64,000 nt of DNA, from contig CAVYNY010000038.1 of the NCBI GenBank assembly GCA_963769935.1, positions 32,001 to 96,000 of the forward strand. The letters run 5' to 3'. Numbering within the stretch: the first letter of the stretch is position 1; every line of letters begins with the position of its first letter. Shown piece after piece: positions 1-8,024 of the stretch. This stretch comes from an uncultured delta proteobacterium (GTDB lineage: Bacteria > Desulfobacterota > Desulfobacteria > Desulfobacterales > JAFDCJ01). Both the position numbers and the translations under genes were made by a program. The notes under the pieces were generated by a model. That model was not told the origin of the DNA and searched no databases. It saw only the letters and a program-made list of their open reading frames with translations.

Positions 1-370
1 TTTGCTCCGCCCTTTGAATCGCTTCCTTGGCGGATTTATTTTTTCCCCCGGCACCATACATGGCGCCCACCGCTGCATTTTCCTTTACCGTCATTCCGGG
101 AAACGGTTTAACAACCTGAAAAGTTCGGCTGATTCCCATACGGCCGATCTGATATGGCTTTTTCCCTGATATTCGCTTGCCTTTGAAAAAAACATCTCCG
201 TCTGAAGGCGCATAAACCCCGGCAATCACATTCACCAGGGTGGTCTTTCCGGCGCCGTTGGGGCCAATAAGCCCCAGGATTTCGCCTTGTTGAAGATAGA
301 AATCAACATAGCCCACCGCAATAAGCCCTGCAAAGCGTTTTGTAATATTTTTGCCTTCCAGAATGACCAT
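1..370 (-). CDS. Branched-chain amino acid-type ABC transporter ATP-binding subunit (LivG-like); runs off the left edge of the window
   Basis: Not in the ORF track. Manual translation from ATG at 370 gives MVILEGKNITKRFAGLIAVGYVDFYLQQGEILGLIGPNGAGKTT, which contains a Walker A motif. It follows the two permeases. Confidence 0.9.
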   Translation of the reverse strand, partial: MVILEGKNITKRFAGLIAVGYVDFYLQQGEILGLIGPNGAGKTTLVNVIAGVYAPSDGDVFFKGKRISGKKPYQIGRMGISRTFQVVKPFPGMTVKENAAVGAMYGAGGKNKSAKEAIQRAEQ

Positions 371-385
371 AAATGCAAACCCTTT

Positions 386-1354
386 TTATATACGATGTTT
401 ACGAATATTTTCCAAAAAATATGAAATTCCGAATTTGCGCTGAGTGATTAGATCAATCAAACCCTTGGGTGTAAAAACAATGGCCAAAATGACCACCGTT
501 CCAAAAAACAGGGTATGCGCCACAAGGAAATAATTCGAAAGTGTCTCTGATATTATTTCTATACTGAAAGCACCGATCAAAGGTCCAAACAACTTTCCCA
601 TTCCGCCGAATACGGCCATCACGATCATTTTTACGGTGGTTTCAACGCTGAATGCCGGACCGGGTTTGAGAAACGCTTGTTGATAGGCATAAATACTGCC
701 GGCAAGCCCTGTGAAGAGACCGCTTAGGGCAAAAGCGATGGTTTTGGACAACGTTGTATTGATTCCCACTGAATTTGCCGCATCTTCGTCTTCCCGGATG
801 GCAATCAGTGCATAACCCAATTTGGCATTCAGGATGAGATGGGTTGCAAGCAGGGTTAGAACAAGGGTACCCAGCATCATATAGAAAAATAAATAATATT
901 GGCCCTGGATGGATAAGTCGAGCATGGGCAGATAGATGCCGGAATTGCCTTCCGTGATTTCAAGATTTTGCACCAGGGCCTTCATGGCCTCGGCCACGCC
1001 TAACGTTGCAATGGCAAAATAGTGGCCCCGCAGACGTAAAACAGGAAGTCCGATGAGAACGGCGAACAATGCCGAACCGCAGCCGGCCGCCAGATAGGCG
1101 ACCGCAAAATGCGTTCCGGCCTTTTCCATCAAAACCGCTGTAATATAACCCCCTATTCCAAAAAAAACGACATTGCCGAACGAGGCGTATCCCGTGTAAC
1201 CGCCGATGATGTTCCAGGCGCTGGCCATAATGGCAAACATCAGGATATCGGTTCCGAATCGGATGATAAAATTATTGCTGACCAGAGGAAACAGAACGAC
1301 GATCAGTAAAATGAAGCCGCAGATTGAAAATTTTTGTAATGTTTTCGTCTTCAT
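386..1354 (-). CDS. Branched-chain amino acid ABC permease (LivM-like)
   Basis: Motifs WNIIGGYTGYASFG, LRLRGHYFAIATL, AIREDEDAANSVGIN and GGMG. Start moved to MKTKT (ATG 1354), just after the upstream permease stop. Confidence 0.9.
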   Translation of the reverse strand: MKTKTLQKFSICGFILLIVVLFPLVSNNFIIRFGTDILMFAIMASAWNIIGGYTGYASFGNVVFFGIGGYITAVLMEKAGTHFAVAYLAAGCGSALFAVLIGLPVLRLRGHYFAIATLGVAEAMKALVQNLEITEGNSGIYLPMLDLSIQGQYYLFFYMMLGTLVLTLLATHLILNAKLGYALIAIREDEDAANSVGINTTLSKTIAFALSGLFTGLAGSIYAYQQAFLKPGPAFSVETTVKMIVMAVFGGMGKLFGPLIGAFSIEIISETLSNYFLVAHTLFFGTVVILAIVFTPKGLIDLITQRKFGISYFLENIRKHRI

Positions 1355-1356
1355 AT

Positions 1357-2217
1357 TCAGTCTGCCCCTCCGAGAATCCCTTTCGGCCGGGTAATCAAGA
1401 CCAGTACCAGAATCGTAAAACTGATCAGATTTCCATAAGTCGATCCAAACCAGTCGGTGCCGAAGGCTTCGGCAAGGCCTAAAGCCAGACCTCCGATGAT
1501 CGGGCCGAGCATGCTGCCCAACCCGCCGATAATAACGACCACAAACGATTTGAGGGTGAGTTCTCCACCCATCATCGGACTGATCGGAAAAAGGATCGAC
1601 CAAAGGGTTCCGGCAGCACCTGCGGCCCCGACGCCCAGCCCGAAGGTTACTGCGTAAGTCTTGGCGACATCCACCCCGACGAGACGTGCGCCATCAAGAT
1701 CCTGAGACGTTGCCCGTATCGAACGGCCCAGATTGGTTCGGTTCAAAATGAGAAAAAACGCCAGACTGATGACAACGACCAGAAGGAAAGCCAGCAGGCG
1801 AATTGTTGGAATTGTAACCCAGTTTCCCAAGGAAAAGTTTGCGGCCCCGTAAGCAACCTTTACTTTGCGAACATCGGCAGTCCAAGAGACCAGGGCCGCA
1901 TTATTGATGAAAATTTCAATGCCAAAAGCAAGAATCAGGGTTATAAATGCGCTGGCCCGAATGACATAATTTATTAAGAATCTTTGCACCCCGTATCCAA
2001 GGACAAAAAGAATCGCCATGGAAAAAACCAGGCTCACAAAAGGGTCCATTCCCAAAAACGAAAAGAGCCAGTAAGTGGTAAAAGCACCGAGCATGATAAA
2101 GGACCCATGGGCGATGTTGATGATGCCCATCACGCCCCATATCAGAGACATTCCCATGGCCATCAAGGCATAGAGACCACCCTTGAGAATACCGTTTACA
2201 AGTATTTGAAGCAGCAT
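1357..2217 (-). CDS. Branched-chain amino acid ABC permease (LivH-like)
   Basis: Motifs GLYALMAMGMSLIWGVMGIINIAHG, GRSIRATSQD and IIGGLGS; hydrophobic. Confidence 0.92.
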   Translation of the reverse strand: MLLQILVNGILKGGLYALMAMGMSLIWGVMGIINIAHGSFIMLGAFTTYWLFSFLGMDPFVSLVFSMAILFVLGYGVQRFLINYVIRASAFITLILAFGIEIFINNAALVSWTADVRKVKVAYGAANFSLGNWVTIPTIRLLAFLLVVVISLAFFLILNRTNLGRSIRATSQDLDGARLVGVDVAKTYAVTFGLGVGAAGAAGTLWSILFPISPMMGGELTLKSFVVVIIGGLGSMLGPIIGGLALGLAEAFGTDWFGSTYGNLISFTILVLVLITRPKGILGGAD

Positions 2218-2348
2218 TGATAAAAATCCTTCAACAGGGTATTTCCAGCTGCAAGAAATCCGGCGGGATCTTCTCTGAACTGTTCATCCCGGCGTTAAAA
2301 CGTGTCGGATATCTCCCTGTAAACCCTAACACGCACGTTTCGTTTGAA

Positions 2349-2379
2349 ATGGGGAGGAATATGGATTCCTCCCCTCCAT
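2349..2379. terminator. Intercistronic stem-loop between the binding-protein gene and the permease gene
   Basis: atggggaggaat-atgg-attcctcccctccat inverted repeat just downstream of the binding-protein gene. Confidence 0.4.
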
Positions 2380-2413
2380 CAACTTGTTTAATCCGCCGGA
2401 CAGGTCCCCGGAC

Positions 2414-3631
2414 TTATTTTCTCATTTTCCAGTTTGGAAAAGGATAAACGGGTTTTTTAACACCATTGGGATAAACCTGGTATACTTCACCGCCTAAAAT
2501 CTGCAATACGACGCTGGTCCCCTTGATCTGACCGTTATCGCTGAATTCCACGCGTCCATAAATCGTTTCTAAATTTGTTGCTGCAACGGCGGCTCTCACT
2601 TTTTCTCTATCCAGTGATCCTGCCTGTTCGATGGCGTTCTTGTAGACGGCAACATCGGCAATACCGGAAGCATTGTGATAATCCGGATCATAATTAAATT
2701 TTGCTTTAAACAGCTTGATAAACTCTTGCGTGTCTGCAAAGAGGTATCCTTTAAAGTTCATTTGGGTGGACCAACTGGCAACGCCATATATAAAGTCCGC
2801 ATCTTTGCCGAGAGATTTTCGAAAATCGGCTTCCGAGGGGCCGACTGTCATGGCGATGAGTTTCGGAGTGACGTCGAGTTCTTTGGCTTGCTGAGTAAAA
2901 TTAAGCGATTCTTCGGTGTGGCCGGCCACCAAGGCAACGTCTGCTTTCAGCGACTTTATTTTGGTAAGGATGGAGTTAAAATCCGTGGCACGTTCGGCAT
3001 ATTTTTCAAATAAAATTATATCAAATCCCATCTCTTTGGCCAATTTGTCGGTCCCCTCGGCAACGCTCACATCAAATTTGTCATCTGAATATAAAATTGC
3101 GATTGTTTTGGGCGCCGGGCTAAATGTTTTCAGCATCTCCAGGGTGGATTTAAAGTACTGGCCGGCCGGCGGAAGGGTCCCGAAAATATATTTGTTTCCC
3201 CGGTTGAATATATTACCGGAAGCGCCGCCGCCTTCAATCATGGGGACTTTGTAGCGCTGGGCAACAAGTCCGTCCGGGATGGTAATACCGCTGGAATAGG
3301 GGCCTAGGAGGAAATCAACCTTATCTTCGGCGATGAGCTTCTCAACAAGTTTGGAGCTTTCGGTTGGATCGCTTTTATCGTCATAGTAAACAATTTGCAA
3401 CTGGTAGGTATCGTTACCGGCCTTGACCCCGCCGTTCTTGTTGATCTGCTCGACCGCCATGTCATAGGAGTCTCGATAAAGCTTTCCGGTCCGACTTTCT
3501 GCGCCTGTAAAGGATATGGCGCATCCCAGCTTTATCACTTTTTCGCCGGCTGCCTGGGCAAAATGTCCGAGACTCAGAACCAGGGCGACCGTCAAAACAC
3601 CATAGAAGAAATTTTTCAGTAATCTGTTCAC
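2414..3631 (-). CDS. ABC transporter periplasmic amino-acid-binding protein (LivK/LivJ family)
   Basis: Signal peptide ending AQA; motifs IKLG, INKNGGV, YYDDKSDP and LLGPYSS. Probable GTG start at 3631 behind a GAAGGGGG RBS. Confidence 0.9.
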   Translation of the reverse strand: MNRLLKNFFYGVLTVALVLSLGHFAQAAGEKVIKLGCAISFTGAESRTGKLYRDSYDMAVEQINKNGGVKAGNDTYQLQIVYYDDKSDPTESSKLVEKLIAEDKVDFLLGPYSSGITIPDGLVAQRYKVPMIEGGGASGNIFNRGNKYIFGTLPPAGQYFKSTLEMLKTFSPAPKTIAILYSDDKFDVSVAEGTDKLAKEMGFDIILFEKYAERATDFNSILTKIKSLKADVALVAGHTEESLNFTQQAKELDVTPKLIAMTVGPSEADFRKSLGKDADFIYGVASWSTQMNFKGYLFADTQEFIKLFKAKFNYDPDYHNASGIADVAVYKNAIEQAGSLDREKVRAAVAATNLETIYGRVEFSDNGQIKGTSVVLQILGGEVYQVYPNGVKKPVYPFPNWKMRK

Positions 3632-3946
3632 AATAGCACCCCCTTCTAATATGAAGTTAGAATATAAGTTTAAGAACATATACCATTCCATGAATTACTA
3701 TTCATGGTATGGCCTGTCAACAGGCAAATTCCGCTTAAAGGTAAATAAAGATGGGACATCGCTTTTTGACTGATTGTTCTCTCAGACACCCTGATAACTG
3801 CAGCGGCCCTCCCCGTCAGCGGCATCATCGATTTTTAAGACTTCTTGAGCAGCTTAGTTTCAGCTCGACCTAACCGGTTAGTTCTGGTAATTTATAGTCC
3901 ATATAAATCTAAAATATATTCATTTGTGCGAAAAATATCCAAAATA

Positions 3947-3968
3947 GCTATATCAAGGTTGACATAAC
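3947..3968. promoter_or_regulatory. ModE-box-like palindrome GCTATATCA-AGGT-TGACATAAC overlapping a TTGACA -35 candidate upstream of porin-modA
   Basis: The same 9-4-9 palindrome recurs at 16314 and 29580, and this copy precedes modA. Confidence 0.65.
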
Positions 3969-4133
3969 TCAAAAGTTATTGTTGTATGCCATTTCAAAAA
4001 AAATTTTCTCCCGTCAGCTTTTTACGTGACCGGTTATTCATAAGAAACCGCCTTTGATTCATCTTTATTTATCTACAAATAGTCAGTGAGCGTTCTAAAA
4101 ACTATTAACGACAAACAGAGGGAGGAGAGCGGC

Positions 4134-5423
4134 ATGAAATGGGGAAAAAATTTTTGGTATCCGGTATTGGCAGTAATGTTGATGGTAACCGTTTACGCCA
4201 CGGCAGTGAGGGCCGATCAGACCGACAAACTGATAAAAATCCTCATTGATAAAGGCATTATTACGAGCGAGGAAGCAAAATCTCTGGAAAAGGAGGTCAA
4301 GGGGGAGGCATCAGAAAAGGAGGCCAAGAAAGAGGCACCCGCCGCTGAGGACTGGACCAAGAAGATCGAGGTCGGCTATAAAAAAGGCGCCTATATCAAA
4401 ACCCCCGATGACCGCTACTCTCTGAAGCTAAACGTTCGAACCCAGGGCCTGTTCAGGTATGAGAACCAGGAAGATGCAAAGGACACGGCAAGCTTTAGTG
4501 TCAAACGCGCCCGGCTTCTGGCAGGGGGCAACATGTTTTACCCCTGGATGCAATATTTCACCCAGGTTACTCTGGAAGGCAGCAGCGCGGCATTGCGGGA
4601 TGCCTACATCGAGGCCGCTTATTATGACTGGGCCAAACCGAGAATCGGGCAGTATAAAGTGCCCTTTGACCGGGAATTCCTCACTTCGGCGTTTAATCTC
4701 GAACTTATCGATCGGTCCATCGCCAGCAGTGCGTTTTCCCTGCAGCGGGACATCGGCGTCCAGGTTTCAGGGAATATCCTGCAAAATCAGTTAGCCTACG
4801 CTGTGGGAATGTTCAACGGCAGTGGGGCGAATCAGGTTAATCAGGATCAGAATTTCATGTATGTAGGGCGCATCGTCTATACCCCTTTTGGTTCTTTTCC
4901 CTATTCGGAGGGGGCGCTGGACACGCCGGCCACCCCGAAGCTGGCCGTCGGTGCGGCCGGCGCGTATCTGCCCGGCCTGGAACCGGGCGAGAGGAAAACA
5001 CTGGCGGGCCCTTTGGGCAATACCAATATAGTCCCCGTGAATAGCGATGTATATGAACTGACGGCGGATCTGACTTTCAAGTATCTAAATTTCTTTTTCG
5101 AAGGCGGCTACTATTTCCGCAATATCGATCCGGAAAAGTCTACTCCTTATGGCAGTGAAAACGCCCAGGGGTTCTTCCTTCAAGGGGGGTATTTTTTGGT
5201 TCCGAAAAAATTTGAACTGGCCGGCCGTTATTCCTGGGTGAACCCGAATAATCCCGACCAGACCAACGACAACGAGCAGCAGGAGTATACGGGCGGGTTA
5301 AGCTACTATATTGACGGGCACAATTTAAAGCTCCAGGCCAACTATTCATATTTCGACAACGAAACCACGACCGGTAATCAAGACGACCAGGTGGTGCAGG
5401 GCATGATGACTTTGGCCTTCTAA
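4134..5423 (+). CDS. OprO/OprP-family anion-selective porin
   Basis: Signal peptide; N-terminal LIKILIDKGIIT segment; motifs FSVKRARL, LRDAYI, IGQYKVPF and RDIG; C-terminal Phe. ATG 4134 behind GGAGG. Confidence 0.8.
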   Translation: MKWGKNFWYPVLAVMLMVTVYATAVRADQTDKLIKILIDKGIITSEEAKSLEKEVKGEASEKEAKKEAPAAEDWTKKIEVGYKKGAYIKTPDDRYSLKLNVRTQGLFRYENQEDAKDTASFSVKRARLLAGGNMFYPWMQYFTQVTLEGSSAALRDAYIEAAYYDWAKPRIGQYKVPFDREFLTSAFNLELIDRSIASSAFSLQRDIGVQVSGNILQNQLAYAVGMFNGSGANQVNQDQNFMYVGRIVYTPFGSFPYSEGALDTPATPKLAVGAAGAYLPGLEPGERKTLAGPLGNTNIVPVNSDVYELTADLTFKYLNFFFEGGYYFRNIDPEKSTPYGSENAQGFFLQGGYFLVPKKFELAGRYSWVNPNNPDQTNDNEQQEYTGGLSYYIDGHNLKLQANYSYFDNETTTGNQDDQVVQGMMTLAF

Positions 5424-5465
5424 AAAGTAACAAAACTTTTTAGCGAAGGTAAAAAGGAGATAATT

Positions 5466-6278
5466 ATGAAAATCTATCGAAACTTAGTGGTCTTGGTTGC
5501 GCTTCTTGCCCTTTCAATGCCTTTGTCCGTATCAGCCGATTCATTAACGCTTTACGCTGCAGGAAGTTTGAAGGCAGCCCTCGGCGATGTGGCGGCTTCC
5601 TATGAAAAAATCTATAAGACGAAAGTGACCACAAAATTCGGCCCGAGCGGCCTTTTGAGAAAGTCCATTGAAGGCGGTGAAAATCCCGATGTTTTTGCTT
5701 CTGCGAATATGGCTCACCCCGAAAAACTCGCATCCGGCGGATGGGGAAGCCCGGTAGTGTTGTTTGCCCGCAATCAGCTTTGTGCATTGGCTCAGCCTGA
5801 TGTTGAGGTAACAGCCGACAATCTTTTAAATTCCCTTATGGATAAGAACGTCCGGCTGGGAACTTCTACACCAAAAGCAGATCCAAGCGGCGACTATGCC
5901 TGGGAACTCTTTCGAAAGGCAGATACGATAAAGAAGGGGAGCTTTGCGACGCTTTCCGGTAAGGCGCTTCAGCTCACTGGTGGACCGGACAGTGAGAAAG
6001 CTCCCGCAGGACGCAACCAATACGGATGGGTAATGGGCGAGAAGAAGGCAGACGTCTTCCTTACCTACTGCACCAATGCCGTATTGGCTCGAAAAGAAGT
6101 GCCAATCCTTAAGATCGTCAGGATACCTGAAGCGCTTTCGGTAGGGGCCGACTACGGCCTTTTAGTAAGGGATAAAGCGCCGAAGGAGGCCTGGCGGCTG
6201 GCGATGTATATTTTGTCACCCGAGGGCCAAAAGATACTCAAAGAATATGGTTTTGAAGCTACCGCAATTCCAAAATAA
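5466..6278 (+). CDS. modA: Molybdate ABC transporter periplasmic binding protein
   Basis: Signal peptide; motifs YAAGSLK, FGPSGLL, DVFASAN, STPKADPSGDYA and GQKILKEYGF. Confidence 0.9.
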   Translation: MKIYRNLVVLVALLALSMPLSVSADSLTLYAAGSLKAALGDVAASYEKIYKTKVTTKFGPSGLLRKSIEGGENPDVFASANMAHPEKLASGGWGSPVVLFARNQLCALAQPDVEVTADNLLNSLMDKNVRLGTSTPKADPSGDYAWELFRKADTIKKGSFATLSGKALQLTGGPDSEKAPAGRNQYGWVMGEKKADVFLTYCTNAVLARKEVPILKIVRIPEALSVGADYGLLVRDKAPKEAWRLAMYILSPEGQKILKEYGFEATAIPK

Positions 6279-7453
6279 TGATGGATCACCCAGTGCAGCT
6301 CACCTATTTAGACAATGCAGCGACGACGTTCCCGAAGCCTCGGGAAGTGTTGCGGCAAATGACGGAAATCTATTCCCGGCTGGGGGTGTCTCCAGGCCGG
6401 GGAGGCTACGATTTGGCGGTGGAGGCATCCGAATTCGTCGAACAAACCAGGCGCAAAGTGGCGAATTTCTTCGGTGCATCCGACCCGCAGCGCGTCATCT
6501 TCACCGCCAATGCCACCGACGCACTGAACCTGGTGATTCAGGGCGTTTTGCAGCCCGGCGACCATGCGATCGCAACCCGGCTGGAACACAACTCCGTATT
6601 GCGCCCGCTGGATCATCTGCGGCAGCGTGGATTGCTCGAATACGATCTCGTGCCATTCAACGCCGGTGGATTCATCGATCCGGACGATGTAATCGCCAGG
6701 GTGCGATCCGACACCCGGCTGGTCATCATCACCCACGCGTCCAATGTTCTCGGCACCGTTCAGCCGGTCGCGGAAACCGCGCGGTTGTGCGCGCAACGCG
6801 GCGTCCCCGTGGTTATTGACGCCGCTCAGAGCGCCGGCAAGATCCCGATCGACATGCAGCGCTGGGGCATCGCGGCCGTGGCCTTTACGGGCCATAAATC
6901 GCTCTGCGGCCCCTCCGGAATCGGGGGGTTAGTTGCGGCGGACGGATTCGACATCCGGACGACCCGGTTCGGCGGCACCGGAATCGAGTCGCGCAGCTTG
7001 ACCCACACGCAAAGCTATCCCCACCGGCTGGAAGCGGGTACCATCAACCTGCTGGGGATTGCCGGTTTGTCAGCCGGGCTGGATTTCATCCTGGCTGAGG
7101 ACCTGGACGCAGTCCACCAAAGGGGGATGGCGCTGTTGACGCGGCTTCGCAACGGTCTGGCGCAACTGCCGGATATGGATCTGTACTGCGCCGAGAATCT
7201 CGATCATCACATGGCGGTCCTGACCGTCAATGTCAAAGGCATGGATCCTGAAGACGTGGGCGCCATTCTGGACGGGGACTTTAATATCGCCGTCCGCACC
7301 GGCCTTCACTGCGCGCCCCTGGTTCACGAAGACTTGAATACCAGCCCCCGCGGGGGCGTCCGCTTCAGCCTCGGCCGCTTCAACACGGATGAGGACATCG
7401 ACTGGGCCCTGGCAGCCATGGGTAAAATCGCCCACCGCCATAGAGGAGCATAA
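6278..7453 (+). CDS. Cysteine desulfurase-family PLP enzyme (class V aminotransferase, SufS/CsdA-like group)
   Basis: Motifs YLDNAATT, EHNSV, DAAQSAG, FTGHK (PLP lysine), EAGT and RTGLHCAP (catalytic Cys). Start overlaps the modA stop. Confidence 0.9.
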   Translation: MMDHPVQLTYLDNAATTFPKPREVLRQMTEIYSRLGVSPGRGGYDLAVEASEFVEQTRRKVANFFGASDPQRVIFTANATDALNLVIQGVLQPGDHAIATRLEHNSVLRPLDHLRQRGLLEYDLVPFNAGGFIDPDDVIARVRSDTRLVIITHASNVLGTVQPVAETARLCAQRGVPVVIDAAQSAGKIPIDMQRWGIAAVAFTGHKSLCGPSGIGGLVAADGFDIRTTRFGGTGIESRSLTHTQSYPHRLEAGTINLLGIAGLSAGLDFILAEDLDAVHQRGMALLTRLRNGLAQLPDMDLYCAENLDHHMAVLTVNVKGMDPEDVGAILDGDFNIAVRTGLHCAPLVHEDLNTSPRGGVRFSLGRFNTDEDIDWALAAMGKIAHRHRGA

Positions 7454-7458
7454 ACTGA

Positions 7459-7815
7459 ATGGACGGCTGCAGATTTTTTATGGATCTGATGTTTTCGCTG
7501 GATGCGGCCTTTCTTGCCGGGCAGAGCTTCGGCGCCCGGCATCCGGATAGTTGGGGGGAGCGGTTTTTTCAGGAACTCTCCTTGAACCACCCGGAATGGG
7601 TGGGCCAAAAGCTCCCGATCTACATGAAGGCCTCCGAGATTATTCACTATTTTGCATTTTTTGAGCGAGCCGATGAAATGGTTCCGGCATTCTATGAAAA
7701 ACCGGAAGCGCTGCTGCAGATGGTGCTGATGCTATTGCGCCATGGCGGGAACAGTCTGTTGGCGGAGGATGCCAGGGAACAGGGCATGGCCGGCAATCAT
7801 GGAAAAGCAGCTTGA
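7459..7815 (+). CDS. Hypothetical protein (118 aa)
   Basis: ATG 5 bp after the desulfurase stop with a GAGGAG RBS; no recognised motif. Confidence 0.6.
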   Translation: MDGCRFFMDLMFSLDAAFLAGQSFGARHPDSWGERFFQELSLNHPEWVGQKLPIYMKASEIIHYFAFFERADEMVPAFYEKPEALLQMVLMLLRHGGNSLLAEDAREQGMAGNHGKAA

Positions 7816-7864
7816 AAGAGTAAAAAATCCTGGCCCGGAGACTCAGGCTTTGACTTCACCCCAG

Positions 7865-7977
7865 CTTCCGGCTCGCAGAGCCTGCAGCTCGGAGAGAGGG
7901 GTGGTGCTTGAAGTCACATAACCCATGGGATATTGGAATAGCGGCCTCCGGCTCGTAGAGCCTACGGATCGGGGAGA
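7865..7977. repeat. Two ~33-bp imperfect direct repeats (c.tccggctcg.agagcct....g.tcgg.gaga) 80 bp apart
   Basis: Copies at 7865-7897 and 7945-7977. Confidence 0.7.
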
Positions 7978-8024
7978 AAAGTGGAATATTGAAGTCGTGG
8001 AGTAATGGAAAAGGAGGAGCGAGC

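Noticed and set aside
3700..4130. Moco/Wco riboswitch upstream of porin-modA (29420-29830 also inspected)
   Set aside because: I could not recognise the conserved structure by eye; an Rfam/Infernal search would settle it.
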